A stretch of DNA of 64,000 bases from Veleropilina oligotropha. Its lineage: Eukaryota. The position numbers were made by a program, and so were the translations under genes. Location: assembly GCA_048128005.1 (NCBI GenBank), contig JBEUKZ010000036.1:248001-312000 (forward strand). The letters are read 5' to 3'. The notes under the pieces are model-generated. The model had not been told where the DNA came from and searched no databases. It saw only the letters and a program-made list of their open reading frames with translations. Positions 21,323 through 32,866 of the stretch are shown one piece after another. Positions within the stretch are counted from its first letter, which is position 1. Each line of letters starts with the position of its first letter.

Positions 21323-23574
21323 ATGGTCCGGTGCAGCAACTCCGGGTGTAACCAGAAGATTCACGGATTTGATAGGCACACGGAATGCCGTGTTCACCGT
21401 AATTGCAGTAAGTTGTATCAATGTGAACTGTGCCTAGTTTTAACAGAGAGGCAGTGGGCGATAATTTTCCCACCGGTGAAGCCGACCAGGGCGGCTGCCA
21501 CGGTGGGTCCTCCCCCGGAGAAGGGACAAGAGATTGGTAAGTTAAGGGATAACGTTTCTTCTTTGTCTGCTTCAGGGATGCTGGACGACAGTCGACCTAA
21601 GGTACCGTTTGTCGCCGGATCTACCGGCGAAACCTCCGCGACTCATGGGGGAGTTGCCGAAACCTTGCCCGGACCCCAGATTCAGGTAGGAGCCCGAGCG
21701 CTGTCCGATCCTCCTCAAACGGGCCTAGTAACTGCAGCCAACCATACCTTGCCGGCTAGCAAGGTATATCTGGCAGCGCAGCGAACCGCTGAACAGGGCA
21801 GACGATCCCCATCCTATTCTTCGGCCTCGAAGAATACGGGGAACGTTAGTCCTTCTGCGGGAAACTCTCCGTTTAACGATGGAGAGCAACCCAATGAGAA
21901 AGCCAATAAAGAGGCCGGACACCATTACGATGGTCTAAGATCCGGACAATTGGCGACGCCTGAAACCTCGTCCGAGACCGACGCGACTAACCCTTGGGTT
22001 TTTCCGCTCAACCTCGGAGCTCACGACTGTTTCAGAGGGCCCGTTATCTCCCGTGCACCCCCAGGGGTCACGCTAGATAACGTGGACAGACCGGCTGCGT
22101 TCGGGCAGAGGTTTTACGGTGACCCGACCGTGCCTCACTCGAACAGAGTGGTAGACCAGTACGGACTGTGGCCGCAGTCCTACAGGTCGCCCATCCCACT
22201 GAATGCGCCTTCGGGCCATTCTTTCGGGTACGACCGCTCGACGGGTGACCCGAGACCCTGGTTCTCGGCTCCACCTGTCCGTGCAGCCCGTCTACCTTGC
22301 GCCACGGTGACCTCGACAGAACTACCGGCTGTTAGTTCGACGCCCGTCATGCCTCCGGGTTTCTCGTACGAGAACTTCCAGGCTATGTTCGCGGCGGAGT
22401 TCGAGTCCCGATGTAAGGCCTGGCAACCGGCTCCCCAGCCGCTCCAGTTCCCTACACCTCTGCCCGTGGCGCAGAGCACGGCTCCTGCCTCCGTGATGGA
22501 GATCGACCCTCGTTCCGACGAAGACCTCGACTCTACTCGCTCCGACCTCCCTGAATCGGTCGGGCCCGAAGACGCTGGTAGTCTTTCAGGCACGCAGGAG
22601 CCGACCTCCACCACCCGCCGAAGGCTAGACGCCGTTGCGTCACTTCGCGGGGTGCTTGGCCTGCCGGAACCGACTCGGTCGGACGTAGGCTCGGTCAAGC
22701 ACAGGACGGCGGCACATCGGTTTGTTGCGAAGGAAGCCCCCTTGCTTCCTTCCTTACCTCAGTCTGGACTTGTTGATCTAGTGGTCGACTCGACAACGAA
22801 GCTCATTCAGGGGCGCAATCCGGTGGAGTCCTCCCCGCTGACCGAGTTCCCTTCGGGGTTCCGTAGTGGGAGGTACCTCCGGGCCAGTTCGCGTTCGATC
22901 CCGTTCGCATGTACTGGTCCGTGCCTGGCGACTGCGCCGGCTCGTGTAGACGCAGCGATGCGTCGACTGACCGCCAGTCACACTCCCTCTGTAGCGAAAG
23001 TCCCTTGGTCCGCCTTGGAATCTTTCGAGAGCTCCGCCCGACGGGCTCTGCGGCTGTCGTCCGTTCAGGATTTTTTCCTAGACGGGGCCATAGCCGTATT
23101 ACAGGAGGAAGGACCCGGCGCCCGTGAGGCAGCCCTGTCCTTCCTCCAAGAGGTTGCTGCCGTGATGGAGACCAGCGCGTTGGAGACGGGACGTGTCCTG
23201 GGTAACGCACTCCTACTTCGTAGGGACGCTTGCCTGGAAGGCACCTCGCTAGATGAGGCCACCCGGCGCTCGTTGCGATGCATGCCTTGCTCGGCCACCA
23301 CTCTATTTGGCGACAATTTTTCGGAATTCGTCGACAAGAGAGCGGCGGACCTGAAGGACCGTGCCATCGAGAAGGCGGTGCTGCACCCCCCCCCCCCCCC
23401 CGGGGTCCACCCGCCGACTCGAGGAAGCGCGCAGGGCCCACCCGGACCCCGAAGCCTTCCAAGCGTGCAAGGCCCTCTTCTGGTGGTAGGCCCCCGGCCA
23501 ATAAACCCACTCAGAAGAGGCAAGCACCTCCAACGAAATCCCGTCAGAGCGGGAGAGGGAAGCCTCGGCCCTAG
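21323..23574 (+). CDS. DIRS-A Gag-like ORF1 (frameshifted at the C16 run 23386-23401)
   Basis: ATG 21323; N-terminal Cys/His cluster CSNSGC..H..C..H..C..CELC; basic C-terminus ...SRQSGRGKPRP* in the 23278..23574 frame, matching copies B and C. Confidence 0.8.
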
Positions 23575-25648
23575 GGCTGCCGGCACACACGACGGTCCCA
23601 GCTGCCCGCTTCCGCCGGTGGGAGCGTGTCTGTTAGCGTACAGCCAACCGTGGCTAGAACTAACAGACAGCAGCTGGGTCCACTCAGTCGTGAGTGCCGG
23701 ATACAAGTTGGCATTCAACCGGCATCCGACCCTAACCGAGGCACCACCACCAAGCCGCGCTCGCCCTCTGCAAGGCGAGAAACAAGCGGTCTTAGACCAG
23801 GCAGTGCGGGACTTACTCCTCAAAGGAGCGATATATCCCGCGCCGCCCAGCACACCAGGATTTTACAGCCATTTCTTCCTGGTCCCGAAACCCGATGGCC
23901 GCTGGCGACCGATCCTCGATCTCTCGTATCTCAACCGATATCTTCGCACCGAGAAATTCCAGCAAGAAACCCTCTCGAAGATACGAGCGGCCATCCGTCC
24001 GGGAGACTGGGCAGCGTCTATCGATCTGACCGACGCGTATCTGCATGTCCCGATGCATATCACGGCTCATCAGTACCTTCGGTTTATACACGGGGAGACG
24101 ATCTACCAATTCAGGTGCCTACCGTTCGGTCTATCGTCAGCCCCGTACGTCTTCACGAGAACAGTACAGGCCCTCGGAGCCTTCCTACACTCTCTAGGGC
24201 ACAGGGTACATATGTACCTCGACGACTGGCTGATCCTCGGGGCGTCCCGGGATCTGTGCCACCGGTCTACGAGCTTTACCCTGTCATCGGCGAAGCGGCT
24301 GGGATTTCAGATCAACGAGACAAAATCCTGCTTCGTACCCTCCAAGACGTTTACGTTTCTCGGAGTCGACTTCGATACGGTCCGGTACACCGCGAAGCCG
24401 ACCCAGAAACGTATACGGAACCTACGCGCGGTTATTCAAGACACCCTGTCATCGGAGATAACTACGGCGCGACAACTGGCCACTGTCCTGGGGCACATCG
24501 AGTCGGTAGCGACCCTGCTACCGACGGGTCGAATGGACAAACGACCGTTACAACAGGCGTTCAGAGATCGCTGGATACAACGGACGGGGCAGTGGACGGA
24601 TCGTATCGATCTTCGGCATTGGTTTACCAGCACGACAGCAGTGTGGTTGAACCCTGCTTTGCCGAACCAGTCGGTTCCTATATCCCCGCCAGAGCCGAAC
24701 GCTTACCTGTTCACAGACGCTTCGAACGACGGCTGGGGTGGTCACCTCGACAGTTACGAGACATCGGGCCTATGGCCGACGGACCTTCAGGGACGACACA
24801 TCAACTTCCTAGAGTTAGAAGCGGTCTACCTGACAGTACGGTCCCTCTCGTCACATCTCCGCAACAAGCACATAATGCTCGCCACGGACAACACGACTGT
24901 CGTCGCTTACATTCAGCACCAGGGCGGCACTCGCTCGCGTCCCCTTTGCGACCGAGCAATCGACCTACACCGCCTAGTGATGTCCCTCAACTCGACGATA
25001 CGAGCGCGACACATCCCGGGAAAGCTGAATGTCAGAGCGGACTCGCTCTCTCGGAAATCACAGATTATACACACAGAGTGGACGCTACACAGCCGAGTAT
25101 CTCGGGACGTTTGTCGCCGGTGGTCACAACCCCAAGTCGATCTGTTTGCAACATAATTCAATCACCGACTACCTCTGTATGTCTCCCCGTACCCGGACCC
25201 GGCCGCCCTAGCGGTCGACGCGCTGTCAATGACATGGGAGAATCTGTCCGCGTATGCCTTCCCCCCGTCGTGCATCCTGACACTCGTACTACAGAAGGCA
25301 TCGAACGAACGTTGCGAGATAACGCTAATCGCGCCCCTGTATCGCACGCAACCTTGGTTTCCGACCCTCCTCGATCTGATCATCGATCGACCGTTAGCGC
25401 TCCCGCAGAGACCGGACCTGTTAATGCAGGCGCGCAGTCGTGTATTACACCCATCGCCGAACGACTTACGTTTACACGCCTGGCGGTTATCGAACGATCC
25501 CTCGCTAAGAAAGGATTTTCTCGCGCTACAGCCCTACGCATCTACCGATCGAGAAGGCTTTCCATGTCTAAAGTATACGACTACCGATGGGTCAAATACG
25601 TGGATTGGTGTCACAGCCGGCAGGTCAATATTCTCCGCCCCCCTGTGA
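23570..25648 (+). pseudogene. DIRS-A pol: reverse transcriptase + RNase H + methyltransferase-like domain (premature TAA at 25154-25156)
   Basis: GFYSHFFLVPKPDGRWRPILDL, IDLTDAYLH, LPFGLSSAP, YLDD, FLG; TDAS..GWG, HINFLELEA, TDN, ADSLSR; VDLFA..DALS..W..AFPP. Confidence 0.92.
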
Positions 25649-26563
25649 ACAAGTTTATCGAGTTTTTATCGTCGCTCTTTGAACGCGGTATGTCAGTGTC
25701 CGCCGTCAAAGGCTATCGGGCAACGGTCGCGACCACGTTAAAACAGTGCCATGCCCATGTTAGCCTGTCAAGCGATCGAACGATTTCGGATTTTATACGA
25801 TCCTACGAACTCGAAATTCCGACCCGAACAATACGGCCGCCTGCCTGGAACATCGTTCTCATTCTTAACGCGCTACTTATACCGCCGTACGAGCCTATGG
25901 GCTCGGCCTCTATGAGGAACTTAACGCACAAAACGGTTTTTCTGATCGCCTTAGCGTCGGGCAGGCATTGTTCCGAAATTCATAGTCTATCCGCAGAGCT
26001 ACGAGACGTTCGTTTCCAGTCAGACGGGTCGGTGATGCTGCGTCCTATCTTGGGTTTCCTCGCCAAGAATCAACGGCCGAACGAAGACGCCCCCGATATC
26101 ATTATCCCCAAGCTTACGCTGGTCGGAAGACACGATGTGGACCGCTTAAACTGTCCCGTGCTTGCCCTGCGATACTACCTCGACAGGACCCGTGATATGC
26201 GGCAAGGAAAACTACGTTTATTTATATCGTATTTACCTTCTTATACCCGCGACATTACGAAGACGACTGTTTCGCGGTGGATTTCACAGGTAGTGAGAGA
26301 CGTGTACTCTCGCTGTGAAAAAGGTAGACCGCACTATTGTATCAGTCCGCGCGCACGAGGTCCGTGCAATTGCAGCTTCTATCGCCTTCCGACACAGCTT
26401 AAACATCTCAGCTTGCTTCAAGCAGGTTACTGGAAGAATCCAAATGTCTTTGTTAAGCATTACCTGCGGGATTATTCCACTCCCAGGTGCTGATGGTTTG
26501 AGCAGTCTGCAGTGTGTAGCTGCTCAAAGATGTATTGTTAGACAGAGGTCGTCTAATCAGTGA
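23575..26563 (+). pseudogene. DIRS-A tyrosine recombinase ORF overlapping pol (catalytic Arg changed to His; frameshifts near 26320-26490)
   Basis: KVYDYRW, VKGYRA, PPAWN, ALASGRHCSEI, LAKN, CPVLAL, AHEVRA (alternate frame), YWKNPNVFVKHY. Confidence 0.88.
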
Positions 26564-27255
26564 GTATTGTTTCTTGATTTATCAATTAAATAATTCGTGC
26601 TGAAGCAATGTTATTGTTATGCCTAGCTGTTCTATGAAATAGACACATTATGAGGCGATTCAATGTCTTATAGGATTTTGAGGTTCAATATTATTGATGT
26701 TCTATGCTGTTATAGAACATACGATGTTCAAGACATTGAAAAATTTTTAATATTTGCTTCCTTAAAATTTATTTTAAGTAACATGTTGTACTCATGTTAG
26801 CTTTTCGCAAGTTGGTCATGCGAATCACTTATTAATATCGATTATTTATTATAATCTATTAATTCTTTGCTTAAGATTTGATGTCTTCACAGCCTAACTA
26901 TTAGGTTCCGTGTGCCTACAAATCCGACTGCTTCCTCTGGCTACCGGCCTATGGCCCGGAGTACCAGTTGGCTGCCACTGGTCCATGACACGTAAGACCT
27001 ACAAGGATCCTCCTTCCGTCCGTGCCTGGGGCTGATTGCACTTCCGTTCACCTCGTCCGACTAACACCACGGCGTATTCTCCCGGTAACACTGGTCGAAA
27101 TTCTCGCCTGGTAAGAGTAGAATATAATACTCAGTAGATTCCACTCTGGGCGGACACAATCGACGCTTCATGCTGATTGATATGGTGAAAAGTAAGTCAT
27201 AATCTTGTTTGGGATTGTTGTAAGGAACTTCTTACCCACCTATCCAAGGTCATTC

Positions 27256-27345
27256 TGGCAAGTGTAAGGACGTAAGTAAGTTTGTAACTACATATGAGGT
27301 TTTTAAGTAAACCTAATATTAGTTAAAACATACTTACGTCCTTAC
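27256..27345 (+). other. Internal complementary region (ICR) of DIRS-A
   Basis: First half is the reverse complement of the left terminus, second half of the right terminus, joined as ...CTACAT-AT-GAGG... Confidence 0.92.
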
Positions 27346-27927
27346 TACGATTACCCACCCTGCGCTTTCGCATTCCTCCCCTCTTACTAAGTTCCTTTGG
27401 GGTTCTGAACTTTGAATTGAGGTCTTGTGATCTTGAGCTCGGATATCTCGTGAGACTTGGCGAGATCTCGCCGGGGGAACTTAGAGAGGGGAGCAGGGGA
27501 GGTAATCGTAGTGTTTTGACTTAATAGTGCATAAATGTGACATTATTCACTGTTTCCGGTTGGCGATAATATGACTATTATGGCAAGTGTAAGGACGTAA
27601 GTATGTTTTAACTAATATTAGGTTTACTTAAAAACCTCATTTTGCCAAACTTCTATCCAAATAGTCATTCAAATGTATGATTTTATTCAAATTAATTTTC
27701 AAAATGATTTTATAAATTGACATTAGACGTTTTCATCTATTGGTTTATCTAAAGATACGATATTATATTTCTGTTCACGTTGACCCTTTTATCATGTTAC
27801 GTTTTATCTAATTTCCAAACATAGAATGGATATATTGCGTTTTGGAAATGAACACTTCATATCTTCATTGTTCGCATATATTAATGTGACACGCTATTGT
27901 TATTTACAATGTGTATGTTTGTTTCAG

Positions 27928-28092
27928 ATCATTTGTCGCCTTATTGTGTTCATTACTCGACATTCTCGCTGCTGGAAACTTGTCAGCATTTATCACTGAA
28001 GCTCGTTTTGTCGCTTCAAAATTCAGGGTTCAAGTTTACAGCATCGGGAAGAAGATCTCCGTTATATCCGTCTATGTGGAAAGGAACACAGG
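27928..28092 (+). CDS. Putative exon of unidentified host gene 2
   Basis: gtttgtttcAG acceptor, CAGG/GTAAGA donor; the frame ending ...PSMWKGTQ-G (phase 1) joins the 33085 exon in frame; part may be 5' UTR. Confidence 0.45.
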
Positions 28093-28348
28093 GTAAGAAT
28101 AATTCATGTTGTATATCTCAGTCGGGACAAACGGTTTACAATGAAGACCATATATGAATTGTAAAGTATTTTCATGTAATATTTTGTTGATATTCTCAAA
28201 ACTGATTGTGTTGATGTTTTACTCAATGAGTCAATTTGAGCTTCGATAATATCTGGTGAATACACATTTTTTATTTATTGGTCATAGTTGTATATATTAT
28301 AAGTAGACTAGCAAGCATTGTCTCACAACAAAACTACACACTTAACAT

Positions 28349-29546
28349 CATACATGTGATACCTCCCGCCGGGAGTATAATTCTCCCGAAATCGGCACCC
28401 CCAAAATGGCCTACTCCCGCAATGACAGAAATCTCCCGAAATGACAAATTCCTACCGGAATATCTTGATTTCTCCCTCAAAGCTATTATCGCAATGTTAT
28501 TTCTTATCCGCAATAGTGTTGAAGTCGGTAAACGGAACTCGTTTAATAAGTCGTCAACTCGTCAAATACAGTTGATGCTGTAACAATATACCTCTACATA
28601 AATTGTGTAGATAGAACGCGATAGAGCATGAAGATTATTGTCAAAATATTCGTTTGATATGCCGTTTACCACAAGCACTCAACGTTCTTTTGTTGAAACA
28701 TTGAAGCGTGCTTTTGTGTTGATAGCTGTCGCGCAGTAATTTCGGGAACTATTTACGGAAATATACGAGTATTTTCCGACTTTCATATCTCTTTATATTG
28801 CGTTACAAAATAATATCGCACCGGGTATTTAAATTTGTACTATTTAATACGAAGATAATTTTCGAATCAACGTTGTGATCTATTTGATGTAGGCCCGTAG
28901 TTCACAAAGAATTAGATGTCAATAGAGCTAATAAAGCAAATTAATTGGGAATAAATGCTATGAAAACTTCTATTGTTGAATTACTAGCGAGAATGGCTGT
29001 TTCATCAAGAGTTTCAGTAGAGTGCCAAATAATAGGGATTAACGCAACTGACATGCTCTGAGCAAGAGTGATTTAATACAAGTTTGCGTTTATCGGCAAA
29101 GTACATAGCTATTAGGCCTAACCGCAAAGGTAATCTGGATTGTCGGCAAGAACTTTTTTAAATATAAGATGATTAATGATAATCGGCTTTTTTAGGTTTA
29201 ATTTTGTTATGACAACATACGTTACTATGCTGATCAAGTAATTAAGTAATTAAGACTGTGCATGTTGTACTTTACTGAAGATATATATAATAAGAATTGT
29301 AAATATTTAAGGTTGTATATTATATAATTATTTTATGGTGTTTAATATATATATATTTAATTATAATATTTATTGGTATTGCATAAATAAAATAATATTT
29401 CATTTCTATGAATGCCTTTTTATTCAAATAATTTCAAATATATGATGAAATCGATGATAAAATGCTCCGATAAAAATACTTCTGGAATCTCCTGGAATAT
29501 TGACCCCAACCTCGTGGAATGGTATTTTGGGTTTATCACATGTATG
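28349..29546. mobile_element. Non-autonomous DNA transposon with 13-bp TIRs and 6-bp target duplication
   Basis: TAACAT-CATACATGTGATA ... TATCACATGTATG-TAACAT. Confidence 0.75.
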
Positions 29547-30182
29547 TAACATGCTCATCCATTTAATACCCTTTGAAAATGTTATCCAAATTTTCTAACC
29601 TGATAAATATTGGCCGAACATATGCATAACATGTGCAAGTTTAAATAAGAATTTAAAGATACCTTTTGTATTTAGTATGGGTTTCTATTTATATAATATG
29701 TAGTACCGGTACTGTACATTTAAATTGGATGCAACAACTGATGCACCTTGGTGTAAAGAACGCCGTGGTTAATATTCTATGTTTCTACTTTTAGCCAAAT
29801 AGCAATATATGATGACATTTTCAACGAAACTTTAAAATGTCGTCAGAACCAGAATGCCATCCAAAATTCCACGCTTGCTCAATTTACATTATATTTATGT
29901 AACGAGGAATCTCTACAACCTCTTACATATCACAACGTTGAAGAATTGTTCATGCAGCGAACTCGGAGAGCGTCGCTATTCGCACTGCCATCTACGTGCG
30001 CGGACATAGAAACGGCAGTCCCACCGGGTAAGATCAAGATAAAATTTTTGAAACAAAATATAGTGTAGTGTATGTTGTTTGAAAAAGAACGTTGTGGTTT
30101 GATAGACAACACTGCTTTGGCTTCGCATGATCTGATTTGCTTGCGCATGTGGATCCAGTGTGTGATGAAAACAGTAACCTAA

Positions 30183-31256
30183 TGAGTCCTGTGGCAGGGT
30201 AGGTCTTCTGTCCGTGAGCTGACACGATGTCGCGTTAGGCCTGTGGCAGGGTAGATATTCTGTCCGTGAGCTGACACGATGTCGCGTTAGTCCTGTGGCA
30301 GGGTAGATCTTCTGTCCGTGAGCTGACATGATATCGCGTTAGTCCTGTGGCAGGATAGATCTGTCCGTGAGCTGACACGATGTCGCATTTGTCCTGTGGC
30401 AGGGTAGATCGTGTGTTCATGAGCTGACACAATATCGCGTTAGTGCTGTGGCTGGGTAGATCTTCTGTCCGTGAGCTGACACAATGTCGCGTTAGTCCTG
30501 TGGCAGGGTAGATCTTCTGTCCGTGAGCTGATGTGATGTCACAATAGTTCTGTGGCCCGGTAGATCTTCTGTCCGTGAGTTGACGGGATGTCGCGTTACT
30601 CCTGTGGCAGGATAGATCTGTCTGTGAGTTGACAAGATGTCGCGTTACTCCTGTGGCAGGGTAGATCTGTCTGTGAGTTGACAAGATGTCGCGTTACTCC
30701 GGTGGCAGGATAGATCTGTCTGTGAGTTGACGGGATGTCGCGTTACTCCTGTGGCAGGATAGATCTGTCTGTGAGTTGACAAGATGTCGCATTACTCCTG
30801 TGGCAGTATAAATCTGTCTGTGAGTTGGCAGGATGTCGCGTTACTCCTGTGGCAGGATAGATCTGTCTGTAAGTTGACAAGATGTCGCATTACTCCTGTG
30901 GCAGGATAGATCTGTATGTGAGTTGACAGGATGTCAAGTTACTCCTGTGGCAGGATAGATCTGTCTGAGTTGGCAGCATGTCGCGTTACTCCTGTGGCAG
31001 GATAGATCTGTCTGTGAGTTGGCAGGATGTCGCGTTACTCCTGTGGCAGGATAGATCTGTCTGTGAGTTGGCAGGATGTCGCGTTACTCCTGTGGCAGGA
31101 TAGATCTGTCTGTGAGTTGACAGGATGTCGCGTTACTCCTGTGGCAGGATAGATCTGTCTGTGAGTTGGCAGGATGTCACGTTACTCCTGTGGCAGGATA
31201 GATATGTCTGTGAGTTGGCAGGATGTCGCGTTACTCCTGTGGCATGGTAGATCTGT
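30183..31256. repeat. 49-52 bp minisatellite, ~21 copies
   Basis: gttactcctgtggcaggatagatctgtctgtgagttggcaggatgtcgc and 52-bp variants. Confidence 0.95.
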
Positions 31257-31699
31257 TCAGCCTTCATCTCACGTTTTTTATCTTCTGTGCACATTGTATG
31301 TGCAATTACTAAAGAAAGCTCCAGCCACCTTTTTGCTATAGATTTAATCTTCATGTTTTGATTTAACTTGAAGACGCTTATTTCTTTCCAATACAAGACT
31401 CTGTTCGTTGTTGTTGTGATACATTAATTCGTGGGAAATTCCTTATTTAGAATTTATGTGTACAGTAACTGACATATAAAAAATATTTACTTACTGTACT
31501 TTAATAAATATTTGTTCGATTACACAGCTAGTAGTCTTGTGTGGTGAGTAGAGGACTTACTTGACCCTCCAATTTGGAGCACAACTACGAGCTGTTTGTC
31601 AAAACCTAGAAAAACTCTCATAACTTGTTTAAATTGATGTACCCGATCCAAGTAAATTTATCCGCCTGTGTTTTTTGCCATTAACTCTAAGAAGATCAG

Positions 31700-32218
31700 G
31701 GGTGTGTTGTGACAATCGCTTAATTAGCGCTGACATAACCGTTACAACGACATGTAATCGCTTACAAAATGGCAGGTAAACATTCTGATTTCATGAATAA
31801 ACTATTTATTTGTAATAAGAAACTTTGACAATTATACACACAGGATAAGCTACGATACACCGTAGTAGTTAATAATAAGTATAGGACGAGATAAATTACA
31901 TCAGGAGCAGAATGGTAACAAATTAATTTATATTTTATGAAAATTATTCTTTCTTAAAAATTGTTTTAATTTTTATTTACTAAGATCAATATATGGCCAT
32001 ATGACAATGTTTCGCGCTGTCAACAGTTGCTTCAATCAAATTTTTCATGTTGATAGTACTGGCTTCAGAGACCGATAGAGGCGACCATCTTGCAAGTGCA
32101 AAATAAAGTATCTCACTAGAGGGCTAACAAGCGATTGCAATCGGCTGAACTCCAGCGTGTCGTTGTAAGACAAAGCGCTTTAATCGCTTGCAAGCGCTTT
32201 GTGTTTTACAATGCGCCT
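31700..32218. mobile_element. Possible PIF/Harbinger-like MITE
   Basis: CAG-gggtgtgttgt ... acaatgcgcct-CAG, imperfect TIRs, internal aatcgctt/aagcgatt motifs. Confidence 0.4.
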
Positions 32219-32711
32219 CAGACTTTTACCACTTCCATTATTTGATAATGTTTTAGCTTTATTCATTTTTACCTGGTATTGATGCCAATGTTTTGAAAAT
32301 GTTCATTGATTGAGTATATGCAAATTATTGATCAAAATATGGAACATGTTTTCTTTTTAAGTTGCTTTCAAGTTGTAAGTAGTGAGTATTAAGCCTTTCA
32401 AATGTGTTGTGATCTCATAAATAAAGTAACACTTAAATTTTCACGTGCCTGCACCATTTGTTAATTGTTTGTAAAAACCATAAAGTTCTAAATGTTTGTT
32501 GTTTGTGTTTACCCCATTGTTATTCAAACTAAACGTTCACTGGATGACATAATTACCATCCTTTTAAACAACATATCAGGAAATGTGGGTGATTAATTCC
32601 AAGTGGCATGTTTCAGCAATACATCAGTCACATCTCAATCAGGGTCGCCTGTTTATCGTCTTATTCCAATGCGTGCGTAAGTCATGATCAGTCAGTACTG
32701 CTGGCATGTTC

Positions 32712-32866
32712 AAGTTGTCTCCCTTTGGTGATCTGAGTGTTAAGTTGCCTCCCTTTGGTGATCTGAGTGTTAAGTTGCCTCCCTTTGGTGATCTGAGTGT
32801 TAAGTTGCCTCCCTTTGGTGATCTGAGTGTTCAAGTTGCCTCCCTTTGGTGATCTGAGAGTTGCCT
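32712..32866. repeat. 30-bp tandem repeat, ~5 copies
   Basis: aagttgcctccctttggtgatctgagtgtt repeated. Confidence 0.95.

Larger units (their letters stand above)
20389..27640 (+). mobile_element. DIRS-type tyrosine-recombinase retrotransposon, copy A (full length, point-inactivated)
   Basis: Left ITR ~20389-20600, right ITR ~27409-27640, ICR 27256-27345, gag/pol/YR frames, no long target duplication. Confidence 0.95.

Noticed and set aside
21311..25156. Natural 1281-aa Gag-Pol polyprotein
   Set aside because: Depends on the C16 run unique to copy A; copies B and C have pol in the +1 frame relative to gag
21725..25383. Numerous minus-strand ORFs within the DIRS elements
   Set aside because: Expected shadows of GC-rich dual-coding sequence; no motifs, and boundaries are not conserved among copies
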